Positions 18,988 through 28,317 of a DNA stretch of 49,418 nt are shown in pieces. This DNA is from Lysobacterales bacterium (GTDB lineage: Bacteria > Pseudomonadota > Gammaproteobacteria > Steroidobacterales > Steroidobacteraceae), in assembly GCA_003819815.1 (NCBI GenBank), contig RPQJ01000018.1, positions 1-49,418 of the forward strand, read 5' to 3'. A program made the position numbers and the translations under genes. How positions within the stretch are numbered: the stretch's first letter is position 1; every line of letters begins with the position of its first letter. The notes below the pieces were generated by a model, which saw only the letters and a program-made list of their open reading frames with translations, did not search any database and was not told the origin of the DNA.

Positions 18988-20090
18988 GGAGACTCTGGGC
19001 CGCGTTCGTCGTCGCGCTCGCGGCCGGACCGGCGTCCTCGGCCGACGCGCCCGTCGCCGCGGGAGCGCCGCTCACCGCAACGGTCGCCGCGCGATTCGCG
19101 CAGCTCGCGCTCGAGTGCGTGCACCGCGAGTATCCGAACAAGATCGCGCACGTGATGCAGACCGACGCCGACGCGCGGCCGGCGCGCGAACTCACGCCGG
19201 CGTTCTACGGCTGCTACGACTGGCATTCCTCCGTGCACGGGCACTGGCTGCTCGCACGCCTCGCCCGGCTCCATCCCGAGGCCGGGTTCGCCGCCCCTGC
19301 GCGGGCTGCGCTCGAGCGCAGCCTCACGACGGCGAACGTCGCGGCCGAGGTCGCCTACCTGCGCGGCCCCGGCAGAGTGTCTTTCGAACGTCCCTACGGC
19401 CTCGCGTGGCTGCTCGCCCTTTCCGCCGAGCTTCGCAGCTGGGACGACCCGGCGGCGCGACGCTGGGCGGACACGCTCGCGCCGCTCGAGATCGAGGCGG
19501 CGCAGCGCGTCATGCAGTGGCTGCCGAAGCTCCGGTATCCGGTCCGCTCGGGCGAGCACAGCCAGACGGCGTTCGCGTTCGGCCTGTACGCGGACTGGGC
19601 CCAGGTGCGCGGGGACGTCGGCATGGTGCGACTGCTGGCCGAGCGCGGCCGCACGTACTACTTCCACGACCGCACCTGCCCGCTCGCATACGAGCCGTCC
19701 GGCGAGGATTTCCTGTCGCCGTGCCTCGCCGAGGCCGATTTCATGAGACGCATCCTCTCGCGCGCCGAGTACGCGTCGTGGCTGCAACAGTTCCTGCCCG
19801 GGATTCCGACCGACGGCCGCGCGGACTGGCTGCCTCCCGGCATCGTCACCGACCGCGCGGACCCGAAGCTCGCGCACATCGACGGGCTCAACCTGAGCCG
19901 CGCGTGGATGCTCGAGGGCATCGCCCACGCGCTCGCCGAGGACGACCCGCGTCGCGCGTCGCTGCTCGCGGCCTCGCACGCGCACGCGGCCGCGGCATTG
20001 CCGGCGGTCACGGGCGAGCACTACGAGGGCGGGCACTGGCTCGGCACGTTCGCCGTGTACCTGACGACGCAGGCCGGACTGGGACGCTGA
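18984..20090 (+). CDS. exported DUF2891 domain protein
   Basis: The GTG at 18984 overlaps the antiporter stop (GTGA), with GGGAGG upstream. Signal peptide RRLWAAFVVALAAGPASSA. Characteristic FYGCYDWHSSVHGHWLL motif. Confidence 0.8.
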   Translation: MRRLWAAFVVALAAGPASSADAPVAAGAPLTATVAARFAQLALECVHREYPNKIAHVMQTDADARPARELTPAFYGCYDWHSSVHGHWLLARLARLHPEAGFAAPARAALERSLTTANVAAEVAYLRGPGRVSFERPYGLAWLLALSAELRSWDDPAARRWADTLAPLEIEAAQRVMQWLPKLRYPVRSGEHSQTAFAFGLYADWAQVRGDVGMVRLLAERGRTYYFHDRTCPLAYEPSGEDFLSPCLAEADFMRRILSRAEYASWLQQFLPGIPTDGRADWLPPGIVTDRADPKLAHIDGLNLSRAWMLEGIAHALAEDDPRRASLLAASHAHAAAALPAVTGEHYEGGHWLGTFAVYLTTQAGLGR

Positions 20091-20094
20091 CGGA

Positions 20095-20475
20095 TCAGCG
20101 GCGCCGGCGCAGCCAGCGCCCGAGGACGACGAAGGCGAAGGCGGCGATGAGGAAGGGGCCGATCGCGCCCGCCTCATCGCCCGTCGCGAGTGCGCGGAAA
20201 CCGGCATAGAGGCCGATGCCGACGAAGGTCACGAACGCCGCGAGCGGTATCCAGCGCTTGCGGCGGGACTCGCGCGCGGCGCGTCCGGCTGTACGGGGCA
20301 CGGGATTCCGATTCGGACCCGGGGTGAAGCGCGTCCGGCGCCGTGGCTGCGCCGAGCCCGGTCGAGGTTCGGGCGGCGCGACGGTCCATGGATTCGCATC
20401 CCGCGACGTAGGCGCCGGCGGCGGTGGCAGGTCCGGGTGTTCCTCGGGCGGTTCGCGTCGGGTCGGGGGCTGCAT
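20095..20475 (-). CDS. hypothetical Pro/Arg-rich protein with two C-terminal TM helices
   Basis: Lies 46 nt downstream of the beta-helix repeat gene on the same strand. TM segments: WIPLAAFVTFVGIGLYAGF and IGPFLIAAFAFVVLG. GC3 bias is good in the TM part. Confidence 0.5.
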   Translation of the reverse strand: MQPPTRREPPEEHPDLPPPPAPTSRDANPWTVAPPEPRPGSAQPRRRTRFTPGPNRNPVPRTAGRAARESRRKRWIPLAAFVTFVGIGLYAGFRALATGDEAGAIGPFLIAAFAFVVLGRWLRRRR

Positions 20476-20521
20476 GTACTCAGGTTACGCCGCCCGTCGC
20501 GCCGTGCAAACGGGCGGGCGC

Positions 20522-21169
20522 TCAGGGCAAGGCGTGCCGCCGCGGCTCGACGCCCGACACTGGCCCCAGCGTCACGCCCTCGCCGACGTAGAGATCCACC
20601 TCGCGCTCGAACCGCAACGGCCCCGTGACGACGGCGCCCGACTCTATCGTGATGCGTGGCGGATCCTCGCGGCCCTGCCACGGCCAGTTGCGGCCCTGGG
20701 TCTTCTCGACGTGGATGCCGCCCTCGACTCGCGAGCCCGTGCCGACGTGGATGTCGCCATTCATGGTCCGGATGCCGCCGCCGACGAAGGCGCCTTCGAT
20801 CCGGAACTCGCCGTTCACGTTCTCGAGTGCGCCGCCGACGCGTGCGCCGCGGGCGAGGCGTACCTTGCCGTTCACCGCCTCGACGCCCTCCGTCACGGTG
20901 CCATCCTCGGCGATCGTGATCGAACCGTTGACCGTCTCGACGGCGCGGGCCGCAGCACCGGCGTCGAGGCGGATCGAGCCGTTCACGGTCTCGGCGCCGT
21001 CGACCCGCGCGCGGCTGCCGACGGTGATGGAGCCGTTCACGGTCGATACGTCGCCGACCTGCTGGCCTGGGTCGACGGACAGGCTGCCGTTCACACGGTG
21101 CATCTCCTCGGAGGACCCGAGCACGACGGCCGAGTAGGCGAACAGCAGCGTGGCGGCGTAGCGGATCAT
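20522..21169 (-). CDS. secreted or anchored beta-helix repeat protein (seven 18-19-residue VNG(S/D)I windings, bactofilin-like periodicity)
   Basis: The ATG at 21169 is preceded by GGAGA. N-terminal hydrophobic segment [20 protein letters not shown]. Repeats include VNGSLSV.., VNGSITV.., VNGSIRL.., VNGSITI.., VNGKVRL.., VNGEFRI.., MNGDIHV... Confidence 0.65.
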   Translation of the reverse strand: MIRYAATLLFAYSAVVLGSSEEMHRVNGSLSVDPGQQVGDVSTVNGSITVGSRARVDGAETVNGSIRLDAGAAARAVETVNGSITIAEDGTVTEGVEAVNGKVRLARGARVGGALENVNGEFRIEGAFVGGGIRTMNGDIHVGTGSRVEGGIHVEKTQGRNWPWQGREDPPRITIESGAVVTGPLRFEREVDLYVGEGVTLGPVSGVEPRRHALP

Positions 21170-21293
21170 CGGTGCGTCTCCGGGCGTGGGTGTGCGTCGT
21201 TTGGATGCAGCCACCGCGCACAAGGTTGCAACCGCTGCCGCGGTCGCCACCGATGCGCTAGTCTTCGGGCACGTTGCACGCTGGAGCCGCACC

Positions 21294-22403
21294 ATGAAGA
21301 CACGCGCCGCCGTCGCCTACCAGGCCGGGAAGCCCCTCGTCGTCGAGACGGTGGACCTCGACGGCCCGAGAGCCGGAGAGGTGCTCGTGGAGATCCGCGC
21401 AACCGGCGTGTGCCACACCGACGAATTCACCCGCTCGGGCGCCGACCCGGAGGGGCTCTTCCCGGTGATCTTCGGGCACGAGGGCGCTGGCGTCGTCGTC
21501 GACGTCGGACCCGGCGTCACTTCGCTCCGGAAGGGCGACCACGTCATCCCCCTCTATACGCCGGAGTGCCGGCAGTGCAAGTCCTGCCTGTCGGACAAGA
21601 CGAATCTATGCACCGCGATCCGCGCGACCCAGGGCCAGGGCGTGATGCCCGACGGCACGAGCCGCTTCTCGATCGGCGGCGAGAAGATCCACCACTACAT
21701 GGGGTGCTCGACGTTCTCGAACCACACGGTGCTGCCGGAGATCGCGCTCGCGAAGATCCGCGAGGACGCGCCGTTCGACAAGGTCTGCTACATCGGCTGC
21801 GGCGTCACGACCGGCATCGGCGCCGTGATCAACACCGCGAAGGTGGAACCGGGCGCGAACGTCGTCGTCTTCGGCCTCGGCGGAATCGGGCTCAACGTGA
21901 TCCAGGGCGCGCGGATGGCGGGTGCCGACCGCATCATCGGCGTCGACCTGAACGCGGCGCGCAGGCCGCTCGCCGAGCGGTTCGGGATGACGCACTTCGT
22001 GAACCCGAAGGAGGTCGAGGGCGACCTCGTGCCGTACCTCGTCTCGCTCACCGACGGCGGCGCCGACTACAGCTTCGAGTGCGTCGGCAACGTCGACCTC
22101 ATGCGCCAGGCGCTCGAGTGCTGCCACCGCGGCTGGGGCGTCTCGGTGATCATCGGCGTCGCGGGCGCCGGGCAGGAGATCCGCACGCGGCCGTTCCAGC
22201 TCGTCACCGGCCGCGTCTGGAAGGGCACCGCGTTCGGCGGCGCGCGCGGCCGCACCGACGTGCCGAAGATCGTCGACTGGTACATGCGCGGCAGGATCGA
22301 GATCGATCCCCTGATCACGCACACGCTGCCGCTCGACCGCGTCAACGAGGCGTTCGACCTCATGCACGCGGGCGAATCGATCAGGACGGTGGTGACGTTC
22401 TGA
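21294..22403 (+). CDS. frmA: S-(hydroxymethyl)glutathione dehydrogenase / class III alcohol dehydrogenase
   Basis: 369 aa. Near-colinear by eye with E. coli FrmA (MK.RAAVA..GKPL....D...P..GEVL......GVCHTD.FT.SG.DPEG.FP...[26 protein letters not shown]). Confidence 0.93.
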   Translation: MKTRAAVAYQAGKPLVVETVDLDGPRAGEVLVEIRATGVCHTDEFTRSGADPEGLFPVIFGHEGAGVVVDVGPGVTSLRKGDHVIPLYTPECRQCKSCLSDKTNLCTAIRATQGQGVMPDGTSRFSIGGEKIHHYMGCSTFSNHTVLPEIALAKIREDAPFDKVCYIGCGVTTGIGAVINTAKVEPGANVVVFGLGGIGLNVIQGARMAGADRIIGVDLNAARRPLAERFGMTHFVNPKEVEGDLVPYLVSLTDGGADYSFECVGNVDLMRQALECCHRGWGVSVIIGVAGAGQEIRTRPFQLVTGRVWKGTAFGGARGRTDVPKIVDWYMRGRIEIDPLITHTLPLDRVNEAFDLMHAGESIRTVVTF

Positions 22404-22419
22404 GGTCGTCCGGCCCCCC

Positions 22420-23256
22420 ATGCGCACTCTCTCCTCCCACGCCTGCTTCGGCGGGACGCAGCACTTCCTGGCGCACGACTCGCGAGAGTGCGCGGCCGAG
22501 ATGCAATTCGCGGTCTACGAGCCACCGCAGGCGCGGCTCGGGCGCGTGCCGGTGCTCTACTACCTCGCCGGGCTCACCTGCACGGCAGAGACGTTCATGA
22601 TCAAGGCGGGCGCGCAGCGGCTCGCCGCCGAGCTGGGGCTCATGCTGGTCGCGCCCGACACGAGCCCGCGCGTCCGGCTGCCGGGCGATGACGCGAGCTG
22701 GGACTTCGGGCTCGCCGCGGGGTTCTACGTCGACGCGACCGAGGCCCCATGGTCGGCGCACTACCGCATGTATTCGTACGTGACGCGCGAATTGCCGGAG
22801 ATCGTCGCGGCAAACTTCGCGGCGGATCCGGAGCGGCAGGGAATCTTCGGACACTCGATGGGCGGGCACGGCGCACTGGTCTGCGCGCTGCGGAACCCGG
22901 AACGCTACCGCTCGCTGTCGGCGTTCGCGCCGATCGCGGCGCCGATGCAGTGCCCGTGGGGCCGCAAGGCGTTCGGCGGCTACCTCGGCTCCGACGAGTC
23001 GCAGTGGCTCGCCTACGATGCGAGCGTGCTCGTCGCCGGGCGACCGTTCCACTCGCCGATCCTGATCGACCAGGGCACGTCGGACGCGTTCCTCGCCGAG
23101 CAGCTGAACCCCGAGATATTCGCCGACGCGTGCCGTCGCTCGGGACAGGCCTTCGACCTGCGCATGCACGCGGGCTACGACCACGGCTACTGGTTCATTC
23201 AGTCGTTCGTGGCAGACCACCTCGCGTGGCACGCGAGAGCGCTCGGCGCGACCTGA
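22420..23256 (+). CDS. frmB: S-formylglutathione hydrolase (esterase D family)
   Basis: FGG.Q......S..C..EM.F.VY.P, PVLYYLAGLTC, APDTSPR, GHSMGGHGAL, GYDHGYWFI. Lies 16 nt after frmA. Confidence 0.92.
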   Translation: MRTLSSHACFGGTQHFLAHDSRECAAEMQFAVYEPPQARLGRVPVLYYLAGLTCTAETFMIKAGAQRLAAELGLMLVAPDTSPRVRLPGDDASWDFGLAAGFYVDATEAPWSAHYRMYSYVTRELPEIVAANFAADPERQGIFGHSMGGHGALVCALRNPERYRSLSAFAPIAAPMQCPWGRKAFGGYLGSDESQWLAYDASVLVAGRPFHSPILIDQGTSDAFLAEQLNPEIFADACRRSGQAFDLRMHAGYDHGYWFIQSFVADHLAWHARALGAT

Positions 23257-23320
23257 CGCCGCTGGCGACCCCTCGCCACGTCGTGTATATGTCGGTGCCG
23301 AAAAGAACGGGAGGATTCCG

Positions 23321-25237
23321 ATGACGAACCGTGTCGCACGACCCACGGCCGCCGGCCTCTGGACGGCGATCCTGCTCTCGATCGGCACGACCGTCGCGGG
23401 CTGCGCGAAGCGGGACGACGCGCCGCCGCCCGCCGCCGCGGCGCCGGCGATGGTCGAGAGCGCGCCTGCGATGCCGGACCGCCCGCCGCCCAATCCGGAA
23501 CGCAACGCCTACTTCGGCGACGTGCACGTCCACACGGGCTGGTCGTTCGACGCTTTCACGAACGGCAGCCGCACGACGCCGACGGACGCCTATGCCTGGG
23601 CGCAGGGCCGCGAGATCACGAACAGCGGCATGGGCGGCAAGATCCAGATCCAGACACCGCTCGACTTCTACATGGTCGCCGAGCACGCCGAGTTCATGGG
23701 CGTGTTCAACCAGATGAGCGACCCCAGCAGCCCGCTCAGCAAGACCGAAATCGCCAAGGGCGTCAACTCGCCCGATCCGAACGTCCGGATGCAGACGTTC
23801 GCCGGCGTGCTGCGCGACATGAGCACCGGAAACCTCGATCCGGCGCTCACGGACACGACGCTGGCCCGCTCGGTCTGGACGGAAATCGTGAAGGCCGCCG
23901 ATGCGGCGTATCGCCCGGGACACTTCACCACCTTTGCCGGATTCGAATGGACCGCGAATCCCGAGAAGCGCAACCTGCACCGCGTCGTCGTGTTCCGCGA
24001 TACGCAGAAGCTGCCCGACATGGTCCTGTCGTCGCTGGAATCCGAGGATCCGGAGACGCTCTGGAAGTGGATGGACGACCTGCGCGCCAAGGGCTCGGCG
24101 CTGCTCGCGATCCCGCACAACGGGAACGCGAGCGACGGCCGCATGTTCGAGATGGTCAAGTTCGACCGCAGGACGCCGATCGACGCCGCGTACAACAGCA
24201 CGCGCGCGCGCAACGAGCCGCTCTACGAGATCACGCAGATCAAGGGCACGTCCGAGACGCACCCCGACCTCTCGCCCAACGACGAGTTCGCGGGCTTCGA
24301 GCAGTGGGACTATACGCTCTCGGCCGACTACGAGCGGCCGAAGAACCGCGCGGGCAGCTTCGCGCGCAAGGCGCTGCTCGACGGCATGTCGCAGGAAGCT
24401 GCCGGCAAGGGAAACCCGTTCAAGTACGGGTTCATCGGCGATACCGATACCCACAACGCCGCGGGCAGCAACGAGGAATACAACTACACGGGCAAGTTCG
24501 CGTTCGAGAACGAGGCCGCGCACCGGCTGAACGGCGTGCCGGGTCAACCCGCGGGCCAGGTCCAGCAGGTGCAGGAGTTCAGCTCCGGAGGCCTCGCCGG
24601 GGTGTGGGCCGAGGAGAACACGCGCGAGGCGATCTACGATGCGATGAGCCGCAAGGAAACGTTCGGGACGTCGGGCACGATGATCAAGGTCCGGCTCTTC
24701 GGAGGCTGGGATTTCGGTCCGGCGGATGCAAACGGCGCCGGCCTCGCGAAGGCAGGCTATGCGCGCGGCGTGCCGATGGGCGGAGACCTTCCCGCCGGCC
24801 CGGGCAAGGCGCCGACGTTCCTCGTGGCGGCGAGCAAGGACCCCAGGAGCGGCAACCTCGATCGCGTGCAGATCGTGAAGGGCTGGCTCGACGGCAGCGG
24901 CAAGCAGCACGAGCAGGTCTACGACGTCGCCTGGGGCGGCGATCGCGCGCCCGACCCGAAGAGCGGCAAGCTGCCGCCGGTGGGCGACACCGTTGATCCG
25001 GCGACGGCGGAGTACACCAACACCATCGGCTCATCCGAGCTGGTCGCCGCCTGGACCGACCCGGACTTCGACCCGGCCGAGCGGGCGTTCTATTACGCGC
25101 GCGTCCTCGAGATCCCGACGCCTCGCTGGAGCACGCGGGATGCCGTGAAGCTCGGGATTCCCGTGCCGAAGGGGCTCCCCGTCTCGATCCAGGAACGCGC
25201 GTGGACTTCGCCGATCTGGTACACGCCAGCGCGCTGA
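23321..25237 (+). CDS. DUF3604 domain lipoprotein (PHP-like metal-dependent hydrolase fold predicted)
   Basis: Lipobox IGTTVAGC. NAYFGDVHVHTGWSFDAF is the typical DUF3604 N-terminal metal motif. GGGAGGA RBS. Confidence 0.82.
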   Translation: MTNRVARPTAAGLWTAILLSIGTTVAGCAKRDDAPPPAAAAPAMVESAPAMPDRPPPNPERNAYFGDVHVHTGWSFDAFTNGSRTTPTDAYAWAQGREITNSGMGGKIQIQTPLDFYMVAEHAEFMGVFNQMSDPSSPLSKTEIAKGVNSPDPNVRMQTFAGVLRDMSTGNLDPALTDTTLARSVWTEIVKAADAAYRPGHFTTFAGFEWTANPEKRNLHRVVVFRDTQKLPDMVLSSLESEDPETLWKWMDDLRAKGSALLAIPHNGNASDGRMFEMVKFDRRTPIDAAYNSTRARNEPLYEITQIKGTSETHPDLSPNDEFAGFEQWDYTLSADYERPKNRAGSFARKALLDGMSQEAAGKGNPFKYGFIGDTDTHNAAGSNEEYNYTGKFAFENEAAHRLNGVPGQPAGQVQQVQEFSSGGLAGVWAEENTREAIYDAMSRKETFGTSGTMIKVRLFGGWDFGPADANGAGLAKAGYARGVPMGGDLPAGPGKAPTFLVAASKDPRSGNLDRVQIVKGWLDGSGKQHEQVYDVAWGGDRAPDPKSGKLPPVGDTVDPATAEYTNTIGSSELVAAWTDPDFDPAERAFYYARVLEIPTPRWSTRDAVKLGIPVPKGLPVSIQERAWTSPIWYTPAR

Positions 25238-25262
25238 AGGCTCGGAGGGCCGGCAGCAAACG

Positions 25263-25287
25263 GGAACCCCGCCGGCGGCGGGGTTCC
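25263..25287. terminator. perfect 11-bp stem / 3-nt loop hairpin between convergent genes
   Basis: ggaaccccgcc-ggc-ggcggggttcc, in the 82-nt gap between the DUF3604 gene (+) and the small secreted protein gene (-). Confidence 0.6.
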
Positions 25288-25319
25288 TCGGCCTGCGCGT
25301 GATGGCGCGATAATCAGCC

Positions 25320-25856
25320 TTACGGCGTGGCGACCTTGCCTTCGACGGTGCCGCGGATCGAGCGGAAGCTGACCGGCAGGTCGATGTTGTAGCCGTCGAA
25401 CTTCGTCATCCACTCGCCCGTGGCGCCCACGAAGCGACCGGCGCCGCCGTTGTAGATGCCGTACGACTCGCCGACGTACGCGCCGGTCGTCGAGTTGGCG
25501 CAGATCCAGCCTTCCTGCGAGAAGCCGAACAGCTGGCTATGGTCCGGCATGGTCACCACGAGGCCGAGGTTGACGAGCTTGAACGGCAAGTCGTAGCCGG
25601 CCGGGCAGGCCCGCGGGTGGATCATCCACTCGGTCGTGATGACGAGCCGCGACTGGCCGAACGTGCCCTGTGTCACCGTGTCGGTCACGTCCACCGGAAC
25701 GCCGTCCCCATTGGGGTCGACGCTGGTGGCAACCCCAGTGCCCGCGTAGCGCAAATTGACGGTTCGCTCGCCGGCCTGTCCGGCCGGTGAGAAGAGCATC
25801 ACGAAGCAGGCGACCGCGCCCGCGAGCGACAGACCGATGCGTGTCCTGGTGTGCAT
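25320..25856 (-). CDS. small secreted protein, unknown function (possibly dirigent/AOC-barrel-like)
   Basis: The ATG at 25856 is preceded by AAGGAG. Signal peptide IGLSLAGAVACFVMLFSPAGQAGE. The C-terminal YNGGAGRFVGATGEW resembles the GGTGRF.GA.G motif of dirigent-like barrels (weak, from memory). Confidence 0.6.
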   Translation of the reverse strand: MHTRTRIGLSLAGAVACFVMLFSPAGQAGERTVNLRYAGTGVATSVDPNGDGVPVDVTDTVTQGTFGQSRLVITTEWMIHPRACPAGYDLPFKLVNLGLVVTMPDHSQLFGFSQEGWICANSTTGAYVGESYGIYNGGAGRFVGATGEWMTKFDGYNIDLPVSFRSIRGTVEGKVATP

Positions 25857-26120
25857 ATTTGACTCCTTGTCTCCACTGTCCGGTGGACCCACGGTGTCCT
25901 TCGTGGTGATGCGCGGAGGGCGACCGGCAGTCCGCCGGCTCAGGAGCATTCTGGCTCCGCGGCGCTGCGCGGGGCATTGCCGCTTATGCCTAACCCGGAT
26001 CGCATGCGCAGCGCGAACTCCGGGAGGAAAGCGGGTCACGTATTGCGCTGCGGCGTGATGTTCCCGGTCCGGTCCGCTATGGTCCGCGCTGCAGCACATT
26101 CGCTGCACGGGGAACGACAC

Positions 26121-26570
26121 ATGAAGAAGCTCGCCAGGGAGATGTTCGTTGCGCTGGTATTCGTCGGCGCGATGGTGCCGACGACGCAGGCACTGGCCAA
26201 CGAATGGCCGTTCGTGCAGGGCGACCATTGGGAGGTCACCGGCATCCACCTCAAGGACGGGGGCTCGCTCGCCTACGCCAACTTCCTCGCCGGCGAATGG
26301 CGCAAGGACCAGGAATTCGCGAAGTCGAAGGGCTGGATCAAGTCGTACACGGTGCTGGTCAATGCCTATCCGCGCAAGGGCGAGCCCGACCTGTACCTGA
26401 TCGCCATCACCGACGGCGTGCCTTCGGGTGCGGAAGGCGAGAAGCGCCAAGCCGAGTACATGGCGTGGAGCAAGACGTCGATCGCCGACCAGCAGAAGGC
26501 TTCGGGCAACCGGGCCGAGTTCCGCGAAGTCGGCAGCAGCAGCCTGCTGCAGGAGATGAAGTTCCGTTGA
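26121..26570 (+). CDS. small secreted protein, unknown function
   Basis: ATG at 26121. Signal peptide MKKLAREMFVALVFVGAMVPTTQALA. 149 aa. Good codon bias. No family recognised. Confidence 0.6.
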   Translation: MKKLAREMFVALVFVGAMVPTTQALANEWPFVQGDHWEVTGIHLKDGGSLAYANFLAGEWRKDQEFAKSKGWIKSYTVLVNAYPRKGEPDLYLIAITDGVPSGAEGEKRQAEYMAWSKTSIADQQKASGNRAEFREVGSSSLLQEMKFR

Positions 26571-26633
26571 AGACGTGAGCCCGTCCATCTCACGCGTGCG
26601 GCCGTCCGGTCGTACGCGTGGGCCTGGACAGGC

Positions 26634-27542
26634 TCAGGCACTCTCCGCGACGCGCGTGCCGTCGCGCGCCGTCAGCTCACGGAAGAGGTCCGTCAGCCGC
26701 AGCGTCATCGGACCGGGCCGGCCGTCGCCGATCGGGCGACCGTCGACACGCGTGACCGCCGCGAGCTCGCCCATCGTGCCGGTGCAGAACATTTCCTCGG
26801 CCCGGTAGACCTCCGTTAGTGATAGGTCGCGCTCCTCGTGGGGAATCGCATGGTCGCGGCACAGCTCGAGCACGGCCGAGCGCGTGATGCCTTCCGGGCA
26901 GGCGACCACCCGCGGCGTGAGCACGCGGCCCGCGTCGACCACGAACACGTGCGTCGCGTTCGTTTCCGCTACGAATCCTCGAGTGTCGAGCATCAGCGCG
27001 TCGTCGGCGCCCGCGACGTTGGCCTCGATCTTCGCGAGGATCGACTGGATCAGGTTGTTGTGGTGGATCTTGGGATCGAGGCAGTCCGGCGGGAAGCGCC
27101 GCACGCTGCTCGTGACGAGCGCGAGCCCGTCCGTGGGGTACACCGGCGGCTTGTGCTCGGCGAGCACGATCAGCGTCGGCCCGGACTGGTTGAGCCGCGG
27201 GTCCATGCCGGACGTCACCTTCACGCCGCGCGTGAGCGTGAGGCGGATGTGCACGCCGTCGTGCATGGCGTTCGCCTCGAGCGTGCGGCGGATCTCGCTC
27301 ACGATGTGGTCGCGGGACGGAATGTCGGCGAAGGCGAGCGCACGCGCGGAACCGATCAACCGGTCGAGGTGCTGCTCGAGACGGAAGATCCGGCCGCGAT
27401 AGAGCCGAAGGCCCTCCCACACGGCGTCGCCGCCCTGCACGGACGAATCGAACGGACTCACCGCGGCGGCGTCGCGATGCGTGAGGCGGCCGTTCACGTT
27501 CACCACGATGTCGCGGTTGCGCGGGTCGTACTTCTGCAGCAA
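26634..27542 (-). CDS. class IV (fold type IV) PLP aminotransferase / BCAT-D-amino-acid aminotransferase-like
   Basis: 302 aa. SPFDSSVQGGDAVWEGLRLY..RIFRLEQHLDRL is the typical fold-IV N-terminus. C-terminal EMFCTGTMGEL motif. Confidence 0.85.
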   Translation of the reverse strand: MLQKYDPRNRDIVVNVNGRLTHRDAAAVSPFDSSVQGGDAVWEGLRLYRGRIFRLEQHLDRLIGSARALAFADIPSRDHIVSEIRRTLEANAMHDGVHIRLTLTRGVKVTSGMDPRLNQSGPTLIVLAEHKPPVYPTDGLALVTSSVRRFPPDCLDPKIHHNNLIQSILAKIEANVAGADDALMLDTRGFVAETNATHVFVVDAGRVLTPRVVACPEGITRSAVLELCRDHAIPHEERDLSLTEVYRAEEMFCTGTMGELAAVTRVDGRPIGDGRPGPMTLRLTDLFRELTARDGTRVAESA

Positions 27543-27552
27543 GCGAGCCTCC

Positions 27553-28317
27553 TCAGGGGCGCAGGCGGTGCGCCGACAGCCGTTCGTAGAGCGGGCGGCA
27601 GCGGGCTTCGAGTTCGACGAGCGGATCGGTGAGCCGTGACGGGGGCGACGCCTCGGGTGGCTCGAATCCCGTGGTCCGCTCTACGCGCGAGTACCAGTAC
27701 CGCGCCCACACGCCGTCCGAGGCTCGCGGACCGGGCGGCCACGACAGCATGCGCGCGTCGAACGGCACGCCGAGGGCATCGCACAGCGCGCGCAGCATCG
27801 GTTCCGGCGCGGCGAGCAGATCAGAGGCGTCGATCACCGGCGGCACACGACCGGTCTTGCGCAGCACGAACTCGAAGATCTCCACCTGCTGCGGCAGTCC
27901 CGTCGCCTCGAGCTCGAAGCGGCCGAGCTTCTCCTCGAGCGACGCGAGCATCGGCGCGGGGTCGCGGATGAGGAACGCGTGGGTCATCGCACCGAGCCAG
28001 TCCCGTCCCATGTGCGGCAACAGGTGATGCGACATCTGCTTCTGGTAGTGGATGCGGATGCCGGGCGGCAGCGGCGCGGTGAACGACTCGACGACGCGGC
28101 GCCAGTCGGGGTCGTGCGCTGCGATCACCGCGTCGCGGCCGGGGTGCGGCAGGCCGGTCGCCTGGAGATAGTGGGCGTAGAACGGCTCGTCTACCACCAC
28201 CGTGTCCGGACGGTTCCCCCACGAGCGCATGAACGCGGTCGAGACGTTGCGCGGGCCCGACCACATCGCGAGGCGCAGCGGACCCGCGGCGGCCGAGCTC
28301 GTCGGCGCTTCCGTCAC
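27553..28317 (-). CDS. sulfotransferase-like P-loop protein (PAPS-binding-loop-like GPRNVSTAF)
   Basis: The GTG at 28317 overlaps the upstream methyltransferase stop (GTGA on the minus strand); the alternative ATG at 28266 gives MWSGPRNVSTAFMRSW. The stop is 10 nt before the aminotransferase start. Confidence 0.62.
   Translation of the reverse strand: MTEAPTSSAAAGPLRLAMWSGPRNVSTAFMRSWGNRPDTVVVDEPFYAHYLQATGLPHPGRDAVIAAHDPDWRRVVESFTAPLPPGIRIHYQKQMSHHLLPHMGRDWLGAMTHAFLIRDPAPMLASLEEKLGRFELEATGLPQQVEIFEFVLRKTGRVPPVIDASDLLAAPEPMLRALCDALGVPFDARMLSWPPGPRASDGVWARYWYSRVERTTGFEPPEASPPSRLTDPLVELEARCRPLYERLSAHRLRP

Noticed and set aside
20640-21110. About 55-nt periodic recurrence of ccgttcac-like motifs, considered as a possible CRISPR or tandem DNA repeat
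   Set aside because: The units are diverged, contiguous with no spacers, and in frame with the VNGSI protein repeats. This is coding-repeat periodicity, not a CRISPR array.
20216-22600. 794-aa plus-strand ORF spanning the repeat-protein gene, frmA and part of frmB
   Set aside because: It runs through three independently well-supported genes on both strands and is a low-complexity Arg/Gly/Pro translation.
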